A stretch of 53,067 nucleotides of DNA, taken from positions 1-53,067 of IMG/VR virus record IMGVR_UViG_3300049015_000032; one strand, 5' to 3'. Both the position numbers and the translations under genes were made by a program. Source of the stretch: a virus. Its lineage: Duplodnaviria; Caudoviricetes. Of the stretch, positions 17,978 through 25,783 are shown in pieces; position 1 is the first letter of the stretch; each line of letters opens with the position of its first letter. Under the pieces are notes generated by a model. That model saw nothing but the letters and a program-made list of their open reading frames with translations. It did not search any database and was not told the origin of the DNA.

Positions 17978-19090
17978 ATGACCACTCAGAAAGCACAACA
18001 CTCAGAGCGTATCCCAGGGCTGATGGCTGAAAAATCCATTCCAGCATATCCCCACCTTGCGTCTGTTTTGGGCGTCAACGAAGCCATTATCCTTCAGCAG
18101 GTCTATTTCTACGTAACTCTTCACAGCCGCAAGAAGAGTACTCAGCATTTTCACGATGGTAAGTTTTGGGTCTTTAACAGCTATAAACAGTGGCGGGATC
18201 AGCATTTCCCCTGGCTGACAGCGCGCGGCGTTCAAAGCATCATCCTCAGGCTGGAGACAAAAGGACTGCTCATCAGCCGACAGGGACTTGAGAATCCCCA
18301 GGATCGGCGCAAATGGTACACCATCGACCTTGAGAAGTTGGCAAAGCTCATTCCTACTTCAAAAATCAATAGTACACAGACTGCACGTCCAACAAACACT
18401 GACTGCACGTCCAACATGCATGAAATGATCGATGATTCTACAGAGAGTACTTCAGAGAATACATTCAGAGAAAAAGAACTACAGAAACAAACAACAACAG
18501 AAATCGATGTTGTTGTTGATTCGCCTGCCCTGCCCTACCGGGAACCAGAAGCGGAATCAGGAGAGCATTCCCTCGACGGAGAAGGGCACGATGCAACGGC
18601 TGTCAAAGCCTTTGTGCCGCACGAACAGCACCACGACGAACAGCCCTTTCCAAAAGTTCCGGTAAAAGGTTTTCCGGCCCTGGTTGCCGAACTCGTCAAA
18701 TTCAGAGTGCTACCTGTCACTGCACAGCGCCTCGTGGATCGGTATCCAGAAGTGGACGTGCGGTATGTCCTGGAGTATGCGCGCGGCGAATCGAGCCTGC
18801 GTAATCCCCCTGGCTTCGTCGTGGATGAATTAGACACGAGGAAACATGGCGTGTTAGCAGCACGTGATCAGAATAAATATATTCAGACGCTTTCGCCCTC
18901 TCCGCAGCCAAAAAGATTCATCCCGCCCGATGATTTCGTTTGCACCGATGAGGAGCGAGAAGAAATTGGGTTGATCGGATTTGAGCGTTTCATGGCTCTC
19001 CGACATGAGATAGAGCGATACGAAGCCGAAGATAGAGAACGTGCCACCGGGCAGACGTTGACCGTAGACCCACACATCGAATACGCTTAG
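17978..19090 (+). CDS. Phage replication initiator (wHTH)
   Basis: LGVNEAIILQQVYFY...GKFWVFNSYKQW...FPWL...LETKGLL...DRRKWYTID; C-terminal RNPPGFVV. Confidence 0.8.
   Translation: MTTQKAQHSERIPGLMAEKSIPAYPHLASVLGVNEAIILQQVYFYVTLHSRKKSTQHFHDGKFWVFNSYKQWRDQHFPWLTARGVQSIILRLETKGLLISRQGLENPQDRRKWYTIDLEKLAKLIPTSKINSTQTARPTNTDCTSNMHEMIDDSTESTSENTFREKELQKQTTTEIDVVVDSPALPYREPEAESGEHSLDGEGHDATAVKAFVPHEQHHDEQPFPKVPVKGFPALVAELVKFRVLPVTAQRLVDRYPEVDVRYVLEYARGESSLRNPPGFVVDELDTRKHGVLAARDQNKYIQTLSPSPQPKRFIPPDDFVCTDEEREEIGLIGFERFMALRHEIERYEAEDRERATGQTLTVDPHIEYA
18374..18520. other. Candidate replication origin inside the rep gene
   Basis: Two 21-bp repeats ACAC(A/T)GACTGCACGTCCAACA at a 22-bp period, then an A-rich CAGAGA/CAGAAA tract and the inverted repeat CAACAACA..TGTTGTTG. 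Confidence 0.5.
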
Positions 19091-19121
19091 AGTGCCCAGA
19101 AGGGCAGAGGACTTAAAGACC

Positions 19122-19913
19122 ATGAAGACGATTACACTCTTGAACGAAAAGGGAGGCGTGGGTAAGACGACCCTGGCACAGACATTAGCATCGGGTTTGG
19201 CGCGTGATGGATATACCGTCATGGCGATTGACAGCGATCCCCAGGGGACGCTGACGTATGGCATGGGCCAGCAGCGTGCGCCGCATTTCTACAATCTCAT
19301 CCAGCGCAAAGAACCCTGGGCCAACCTGGCTCGCCAGATCGCGCCGGATCGGATTGCGTCTGACACAAGGGGCCGTCTCTTTTTGCTCCCTGGGGACCGC
19401 GAGACTCGTAACCTCAATGTTGAGGATGCCGCCCTACTGCTCAAGCGCCTGAATGAGATCAAGCAAAGTTTTGATTACGTCATCATCGACACAGCGCCCA
19501 GCGCCAGCTTGCTCCATATCCTGGTGTATCTGGCCAGCGATTATATTCTTTACCCTACGCAGCTGGAGATGTTCTCGATGCAGGGCTTGAAGCAGTCAAT
19601 TCAGGTGATGGCTGAATACACGGAATTTCGCGCCGCCCGCCGCCTGCCGCCGATTGAGCTGCTCGGCATTGCCCCAACCATGACGCGCCTCAATACAGGC
19701 GGTCACACGGCAAACATGGCAGATCTGCAAAAGACGCCGTATAAGGTTTTGCGCCCGATTCACAATCGCATCGCCTGGTCCGACGCAGCCGCGACTCGGC
19801 GCAGCATCTTCGCCTATGATCCAACCTGTGAGGCTGCCAAAGATGCTGATACGTTTATCAACCAGGTGAAGCAGGTTCTGGGTATTGATGTGGCGGGGGT
19901 GCAGGATGGCTAA
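19122..19913 (+). CDS. parA: ParA family partition ATPase
   Basis: Deviant Walker A KGGVGKTT, IDSDPQG, DYVIIDTAP. Confidence 0.93.
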   Translation: MKTITLLNEKGGVGKTTLAQTLASGLARDGYTVMAIDSDPQGTLTYGMGQQRAPHFYNLIQRKEPWANLARQIAPDRIASDTRGRLFLLPGDRETRNLNVEDAALLLKRLNEIKQSFDYVIIDTAPSASLLHILVYLASDYILYPTQLEMFSMQGLKQSIQVMAEYTEFRAARRLPPIELLGIAPTMTRLNTGGHTANMADLQKTPYKVLRPIHNRIAWSDAAATRRSIFAYDPTCEAAKDADTFINQVKQVLGIDVAGVQDG

Positions 19914-20712
19914 GCCAAGACCTGCTCGTGAGAGTGCGTTTGAGGAAGAGGAATCTCCCATCCCTTTTATCTCTGCCACTGGAGTCAACGAGATCTACGA
20001 AAAGGGCTTTTCTGGATTGCCCGACAGCGTCTATGAAGACCCCTCCCAGAAGCGTATCGAGGAGCTGGAAGATCAACTCGCAAACATACTGCAAGGACAG
20101 TCTAACGGGCTTGTTGTGCAAGATGGCGCTCTTATGGTGCAGGGCTTTCAATTCTCGCCTACAGGCCTTGTGGCTCATGGCGAGATTGATAAGGAAAGCT
20201 GGACATCCATTGGAGGTCTGATTCACAGACTTCAGGGATCTATTCAATGGCTTATTGGCGATTGGATCGTGTATGGCCAAACTCTTAAGTATGGTGAACT
20301 GGAAGACATTGCCGAGTCGGTGGGCTATAAGCCGCAAAGTGTTTACAAATACAGCTACGTTTCGCGGAATGTTGAATTTTGCATACGTATGCAAAATCTA
20401 TCCTGGGCGCATCACCAGTTGGTTGCTCCTCTGACGCCAGAACAGCAAAAGTTTGCGCTGGAACATGCCACTACACAGAAGCTCTCTGTGGCGAAATTCA
20501 GAGATTGGATCAACGAACAAACCGGGCAACCTGCTGCTCCCGCCCTCCCCCACTCGGTAGGGCAGGGCGCTAAATCTGCGTTCAGTAGTTTAGAGAAATT
20601 GGCCCAGCGCGATCCTTCTACGTATAAACCAAAGGATAAAGTAGCCATTTTAGGGTATGCGGCACAGATGCAAGCATGGATCGACGATCTTGTAGCGAAG
20701 GCGAAATCATAA
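19906..20712 (+). CDS. LmbU-like DNA-binding protein (putative ParA partner)
   Basis: QWLIGDWIVYG...YG...IAESVGY..QSVYKYSYVSR...R..NLSWAHHQLVA...LSVAKFR; overlaps the parA stop. Confidence 0.7.
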   Translation: MAKPRPARESAFEEEESPIPFISATGVNEIYEKGFSGLPDSVYEDPSQKRIEELEDQLANILQGQSNGLVVQDGALMVQGFQFSPTGLVAHGEIDKESWTSIGGLIHRLQGSIQWLIGDWIVYGQTLKYGELEDIAESVGYKPQSVYKYSYVSRNVEFCIRMQNLSWAHHQLVAPLTPEQQKFALEHATTQKLSVAKFRDWINEQTGQPAAPALPHSVGQGAKSAFSSLEKLAQRDPSTYKPKDKVAILGYAAQMQAWIDDLVAKAKS

Positions 20713-21215
20713 TGGTTAAAGAGATTTTGCTCACTCAGGGGGCGATCTCTCTGGTGTCTGATGAGGATGCGGATTTGGCGGCCTACTCTTGGTATGTGCA
20801 GCGCTTAAAGTATGCCTTAAGACTCAGCCACAAGGATGATCGCGGGATTTGGGTGCGTCAATATCTTCATCGCGCAGTCATGGAAAAGGTGATAGGTCGT
20901 GCATTGCAACGCTATGAGTCTGTTGATCATATTGATCGGAACGGCCTTAATAACACACGCGAAAACCTACGCATCGTCAATCAAAGTCAAAATTGTGCCA
21001 ATCGCAGTCTTGGCATCAATAGTAAGAGTGGATATAAAGGCGTGTCGTGGAACGCGCAACTGCAGAAGTGGTGTGCATACATATCCTTCCATCGCAAGAA
21101 AATGCATTTAGGATACTTCACGAGTAAGCACGATGCTGCGCGTGCTTATAACGCAAAAGCAATTGAACTGCAAGGAATTTACGCCAACGTTAACGACGTT
21201 GATGAACGGTTGTAG
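20712..21215 (+). CDS. HNH endonuclease with AP2 domain
   Basis: LHRAVM...VDHIDRNGLNNTRENLR; SGYKGVSW...HLGYF...AARAYN. Confidence 0.92.
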   Translation: MVKEILLTQGAISLVSDEDADLAAYSWYVQRLKYALRLSHKDDRGIWVRQYLHRAVMEKVIGRALQRYESVDHIDRNGLNNTRENLRIVNQSQNCANRSLGINSKSGYKGVSWNAQLQKWCAYISFHRKKMHLGYFTSKHDAARAYNAKAIELQGIYANVNDVDERL

Positions 21216-21262
21216 CGCTTGGTACGGTGATCCACAGCATTCGCTGCCACATCTAACAATGT

Positions 21263-21356
21263 ATCTCGCGTTGATATATCCCCACGAAACGCATAACGCC
21301 CCAGATGATGGGGCGTTACGATTCTTATAGTTATGGGGATATATCCCCACGAAACA
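21263..21356. repeat. Two copies of the palindromic site separated by a hairpin
   Basis: GATATATCCCCACGAAAC at 21273 and 21338; TAACGCCCCA/TGGGGCGTTA stem at 21294-21318. Confidence 0.85.
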
Positions 21357-21524
21357 CGACCCTACCCTGTTGTCAATCTATTCTAATTGGTGATGTCGTA
21401 TAACATCCCTTACACGGCTCTATCAATGTGTCCTATATGCAACATACAAACCAAACTGTATCCTTCCCCAATCCCTTCCTGAACAAAATGGCATCATAAT
21501 AATCTCAAAACATGGGAGGGGTTT

Positions 21525-22196
21525 ATGCCTGGCATGACAAGAGCGGATATGGAGCAGGTAGATCAACTTATAGGCGCAGGCAACATCGGAGCCGCGCGCA
21601 ACCTGCTCCGGTCGCTGGATGACCCACGCGCCGTTAAGGCCCTTGAGAAGCTCAATCGAAAGTATCCGCCTGAGACAGCAGCGGCTCCGCTGCCTCCTCT
21701 TAAACCGAAGTCACCGCCCGCCACAGCACCCGCCCGCGTGGAGCTGCCGCCTGCGCTACGCCAGGATGAGATGGAAGAGATTAAAGAGGCGATTCGGGAG
21801 AAGCGTTATGACGATGCTGAAGCCCTGCTCGTCTTGAGTGATCATCCGGATGCTGAAAAATTGCGCGATCGATTGACTGCGATTCGCGGTGGCGGTGGTG
21901 GTGGCAAAGTGAAACATGTCCATGGAGGCCCCGAAAAAGACTTTACCAATCGACTTGTGATTTGCATTGTCTTGTTATTTTTTGCCTTTGTCCCAGGACT
22001 TATTGCTCTTGAAATCTTCGTGGGGGAAGCAAGACAATTCCCCGATGCGCCAGGCGCAAAAGGGCTGATCCGCACGCGTCGAATTGTCATGGGCTTGATG
22101 CTGGTTGGGGTGGTGTTGTTTGTGCTGTGCGGCCTGATGATGGTTATGGTTAATCAGGTGTCAGAGAATGCCTATGCGACAGTAATGGCGCGGTAG
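21525..22196 (+). CDS. Membrane protein with a duplicated N-terminal helical module and two TM helices
   Basis: GGGAGG RBS; repeats ...ARNLLRSLDDPRA... and ...AEALLVLSDHPDA...; two hydrophobic segments. Confidence 0.75.
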   Translation: MPGMTRADMEQVDQLIGAGNIGAARNLLRSLDDPRAVKALEKLNRKYPPETAAAPLPPLKPKSPPATAPARVELPPALRQDEMEEIKEAIREKRYDDAEALLVLSDHPDAEKLRDRLTAIRGGGGGGKVKHVHGGPEKDFTNRLVICIVLLFFAFVPGLIALEIFVGEARQFPDAPGAKGLIRTRRIVMGLMLVGVVLFVLCGLMMVMVNQVSENAYATVMAR

Positions 22197-22217
22197 CATC
22201 TCGCACGTGGATATAAG

Positions 22218-22254
22218 ACTCAAAAACGCTCCAGGATCTGGAGCGTTTTTGAGT
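22218..22254. terminator. Bidirectional intrinsic terminator
   Basis: ACTCAAAAACGCTCCAG-GAT-CTGGAGCGTTTTTGAGT between convergent genes. Confidence 0.85.
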
Positions 22255-22279
22255 TGAATAAACTGCAAAACCTTGTGCA

Positions 22280-22498
22280 TCAACCAGGCACTTTGTCCTT
22301 TTCCTCAACCTCGCCAGCCGCCAGCATCAAAGCAAACAAGATCGCCCCACTTCGATTGAATCCCATTTCGCCGCCTGGTCTAACCTTTGACCGGGTTGCG
22401 ATTCCCAATTCACCCATACGACCCGCGTGACGCTTGATAATTTTTTCCAGCAGTAGCTCGTGTTCGTCGGACCACATGATGTTAACGCGCTCACCCAT
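22280..22498 (-). CDS. Small regulator, ribbon-helix-helix-like
   Basis: RVNIMWSDEHELLLEKI...NRSGAILFAL; divergent from a consensus promoter. Confidence 0.6.
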   Translation of the reverse strand: MGERVNIMWSDEHELLLEKIIKRHAGRMGELGIATRSKVRPGGEMGFNRSGAILFALMLAAGEVEEKDKVPG

Positions 22499-22574
22499 CG
22501 AATAACCCTTCCACTATCAATCGAAGCATATTTAGAGAATATACACTAAATGTATATTTGTCTAGTCCCCACGC

Positions 22575-22602
22575 TTGACAATATACACACTCGATGTATA
22601 AT
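22575..22602 (+). promoter_or_regulatory. Consensus sigma70 promoter overlapped by an operator-like inverted repeat
   Basis: TTGACA, 16 bp, TATAAT; AATATACA-N7-TGTATAAT here and AATATACA-N5-TGTATATT at 22538-22558. Confidence 0.8.
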
Positions 22603-22639
22603 TAGGTTATCGAATAAGTGATTTTGAAAGGTCACAGCG

Positions 22640-22903
22640 ATGCAAGACACCCTCGTTATCACCCCTCTTGGAAAGCTGGTCAATCTGGACGCACTCATTG
22701 GCGCGACCGTGCAGGCCAAGCCGTTTGATGATCCAGTCTTCAAGCATGAGACATACATCGGCACGATTGACGAGGTGAAGCTGAATCGCGCTGGCACATG
22801 GATTCACTTCAAGACAGGAGATCTTGTCGGCGCGAAATGGGTCAAACTCAATAAAGTCGTCGGCTTCGCTCATTTTGCACAAAACGCAAAAGCGACAGCC
22901 TAA
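22640..22903 (+). CDS. Hypothetical protein
   Basis: First ORF after the promoter. Confidence 0.65.
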   Translation: MQDTLVITPLGKLVNLDALIGATVQAKPFDDPVFKHETYIGTIDEVKLNRAGTWIHFKTGDLVGAKWVKLNKVVGFAHFAQNAKATA

Positions 22904-22983
22904 GCCATCGCTTTCACTTCAGAGCATTTTATTCAACCGAGGGTGGTGTTTCAGCCACTGCCCTCAATCATGGAGATTATAAC

Positions 22984-23289
22984 ATGACAACTGTTACCCG
23001 CAATCTAATTACCCCGTCCTATTCAGACATTCTGCGCGCGCTCGTCGCCGCGACAACCCCATCGACCCCTTCAATCGGTGTCTGCGCGTGCTGTGACGAG
23101 CAGTGGGCGATGCGTAGCCTCGCTCCTGTCGACACGGATTACACCTATGAGAAGGCCGTTCGTCAGGTTTCGTTCGAGCGCGATGACCTTGTGTGCGAAG
23201 ACTGTCGGGCGGATTTTGAGCATACCTATGGCCGCGACGCCGACGATTGCTTTGACCTTTACTGCCTGGGCCATGACAGCGCGGACTAG
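22984..23289 (+). CDS. Zn-finger-like hypothetical protein
   Basis: CACC...CEDC; GGAG RBS. Confidence 0.65.
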   Translation: MTTVTRNLITPSYSDILRALVAATTPSTPSIGVCACCDEQWAMRSLAPVDTDYTYEKAVRQVSFERDDLVCEDCRADFEHTYGRDADDCFDLYCLGHDSAD

Positions 23290-23348
23290 ACCGCAGGGGC
23301 GACCCGTAAGTCGCCCCTCCCATCGCATACCCTGACCTGATAACGAGG

Positions 23349-23702
23349 ATGATCATGACCACATCACAAACCATTACCCTGACCATCGCAGGCATCACCG
23401 TCACCGTGACCGTTGCGACCGATGGCATCACTGTCGTGCCCGATGCGCCTGTTGCTGCTAACGCGCCATCTGTTGCGACTGCCACAACACGCACACCGAT
23501 TGCCGATTCAAGCGTCATCGCCTCCGTTGGCTACAACGTCATCCATCGGACGCTGGAAATCGAGTTTCGCAGCGGCAAGGTTTACCAGTATGACCAGGTT
23601 CCGGCCTATGTCTATGACGAGCTGATGGAAACCCGTTCCAAAGGGCAGTACTTCAGCTACTACATTCGCGGGCAATACCGGACGCATGAAATCAGCCGCT
23701 AA
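23349..23702 (+). CDS. KTSC domain protein
   Basis: SSVIASVGYN...LEIEFRSGKVYQYDQVP..VYDELM...SKGQYF...IRGQY. Confidence 0.9.
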   Translation: MIMTTSQTITLTIAGITVTVTVATDGITVVPDAPVAANAPSVATATTRTPIADSSVIASVGYNVIHRTLEIEFRSGKVYQYDQVPAYVYDELMETRSKGQYFSYYIRGQYRTHEISR

Positions 23703-23768
23703 TCCGTTTGATGTTTAATTGAGATAGACAGGGGCGGCGCAATACCGCCCCAATGGAGAGACAACACA

Positions 23769-24464
23769 ATGGCTAATCCTCAGATCGACACCGACAAGCT
23801 TCTGCAGGCGTGCGAGCGACCGTTCGCCTACGAAGAGCACGCATACATCAAGAAGAAAGACAGTGAAGACATCGAGAGTGTCTACATTCTGAAAGACGCG
23901 ATTCGCCGCCGTCTCATGCAGATCGATCCGCACTGGACCACCGGCGCGCCTGACCTGATGGGCATCCAGGGCGATGTCGTGATTATGCGCGGGGTAATGA
24001 CGTTCCTCGGGGCGCAGCGCACCGCCGTTGGCACGGGGAAGATTACCCGCACGCGATGGGATAAAAAGCAAAACAAACGCGTTGAGATTGAAGGCTATGA
24101 CCTGGCGCGTGAAGAGAGCAAGGCGATGAAGACAGCGGTCAGCGATCTGCTGCCCCGCCTGGCGACAGAGTGGAACATCGGCGGCTACCTGCGCCAGATG
24201 CCCAGAAACATCACCACCGAAGCCACCTTCAAGATGTGGTTAGAGACTCAGGTGAAAGCCTGGGAGGGTCGTTATCACTGGGCCAGCAACGGCAAAGGGC
24301 AGCTGTTCTGGCAGCTGATCAAAGCGCACGGTCTCACCTGGGAGATTGTGAAGAAGGAACTCGAACCAGGACGCGAGCTGAGCGGCCTGCGCGACATCGG
24401 CCTGACTGATGTTGAGGCGTTTACGCGGCTCGTGGGGATCAGCCTGGAACACGCCAAATCGTAA
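23769..24464 (+). CDS. Rad52/Rad22-like (Sak-type) single-strand annealing protein
   Basis: YI...AIRRRL...W; KAMKTAVSDLLPRLATEWNIGGYL resembles the Rad52 K.A.SDA.KRA...GIG.YL motif. Confidence 0.65.
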   Translation: MANPQIDTDKLLQACERPFAYEEHAYIKKKDSEDIESVYILKDAIRRRLMQIDPHWTTGAPDLMGIQGDVVIMRGVMTFLGAQRTAVGTGKITRTRWDKKQNKRVEIEGYDLAREESKAMKTAVSDLLPRLATEWNIGGYLRQMPRNITTEATFKMWLETQVKAWEGRYHWASNGKGQLFWQLIKAHGLTWEIVKKELEPGRELSGLRDIGLTDVEAFTRLVGISLEHAKS

Positions 24465-24538
24465 TTTGCGCAGGGGCAAGCCGCGCCTTGCCCCTCCTTA
24501 ATCATCGACCACGCATTTTCTGATTTTCAGCGGAATCG

Positions 24539-24573
24539 AAAAACGCCCCTCCAATCGGAGAGGCGCTTTTCTT
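24539..24573. terminator. Probable bidirectional terminator between the early and late arms
   Basis: A-tract, CGCC-CTCC..GGAG-GGCG stem, T-tract. Confidence 0.6.
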
Positions 24574-24736
24574 GTGGCTTGGCAGATCGAGTGCAGCTCT
24601 TCACCAAGCCGGGCAACCCTGCACGCCCAATTAATAGAGTGTCGAGGGCGATGGTATAGGATTAATGGTTCCGCATTTGCTCTTCGCCTTCACTAATCAC
24701 ACGGCCTGAAGCCGAATTTTGCCATCGCTGTGTTGA

Positions 24737-25783
24737 TTATAGCATAAATTCATTTTGCATTGTCACCGCCGGGTGAGGCCTCGAAGCGCCTTTATGCCGC
24801 GACAACGATCCCCGCTCCCGCAGCGGTCGTTCGATGATCTCATACGAGATCCAGGCCACGAGCAGCGACACGACGACGGTCGCCAGCAGCAGCGGAATTC
24901 CGTCCATGATCTGCCAGAGACAGGCGAAGACCGGGACATGCCACAGATAGAGGCCGTAGGAGAGATGGCCAGCGGCTCTGGACCAGCGCCACTCCAGGCG
25001 CAGCTGCGGCTGCGGATGGGTTGACAGGTTCACCAGGAACACGGCGATGATGACAGAGAGGATGAGATCGGCGAGCGGAACGGCGAACGGAACCACCGAC
25101 CCGACCAGGGCGAGCGCAATCGCCGTGATTTCCGCTGCGCGATGATAGACGAGGCGCAGCCAGCGGGAACGATTGACAACGAGCCAGGCCGCCAGGCCGC
25201 CAACCGCCATACACTCAAAGCGCATGACGCGCAGCAGGGGCAGGAGCGGACTGTTGAGCGCAAAGGCGAGGGCGGAGAGCAGAGTCCATCCCGCAATCAC
25301 GCCCAGGCAGACCCGGACCAGCGGCACGCGGCGCAGCAGCAGCGGAAAGACGGCATAAAACATCTGCTCGACTCCGATGCTCCAGAGGGGAAACAGCACC
25401 CCGGCAGGCCAGTGATAGGCGTGCAGGAGCTGCGGCGCCAGCAGCAGAATGCTCAGCAGCGCGGGCGGCGAGGGCGCAGTCACACCACACAGGGGCAGGA
25501 TCACCGCGCCCACGAACACCACCGCATAGTAGGACGGCAGCAGACGCCACGCACGCCGCCTGTAAAACGCGCGCAGGTTGATCGCGCCTGTGGTCTGAGT
25601 CTCGAGGAGCAGGCGGTACGACACCACATAGCCCGACAGCACAAAAAAGGCAGTGGGGCGAAAGCCGGGATTAAACAGCGCGTCCGATGTGGTATGCACC
25701 AGGAGCACATTGATCGCCAGCAAAAAGCGCACGGTGTCGAGGCCGGGCAGAGCGCCCGCTCTCACGGACGGAGCGCCTTCCAT
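24737..25783 (-). CDS. Acyltransferase-3 family (OafA-like) membrane O-acyltransferase
   Basis: GLDTVR...VH, FFVLSGY, FYRRRAWRLLP.Y, WSIGVEQMFY, SYGLYLWH, SYEIIERP; multiple TM helices. Confidence 0.9.
   Translation of the reverse strand: MEGAPSVRAGALPGLDTVRFLLAINVLLVHTTSDALFNPGFRPTAFFVLSGYVVSYRLLLETQTTGAINLRAFYRRRAWRLLPSYYAVVFVGAVILPLCGVTAPSPPALLSILLLAPQLLHAYHWPAGVLFPLWSIGVEQMFYAVFPLLLRRVPLVRVCLGVIAGWTLLSALAFALNSPLLPLLRVMRFECMAVGGLAAWLVVNRSRWLRLVYHRAAEITAIALALVGSVVPFAVPLADLILSVIIAVFLVNLSTHPQPQLRLEWRWSRAAGHLSYGLYLWHVPVFACLWQIMDGIPLLLATVVVSLLVAWISYEIIERPLRERGSLSRHKGASRPHPAVTMQNEFML

Noticed and set aside
17699-21356. Palindromic repeats as CRISPR repeats or IS ends
   Set aside because: They are dispersed, not regularly spaced, some lie in CDSs, and there is no transposase
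24575-24736. Possible ribozyme or riboswitch (GTGCAG/CTGCAC and TGGCAGA/TTTGCCA stems)
   Set aside because: I could not fit hammerhead, twister, HDV or riboswitch consensus by eye; it would need cmscan
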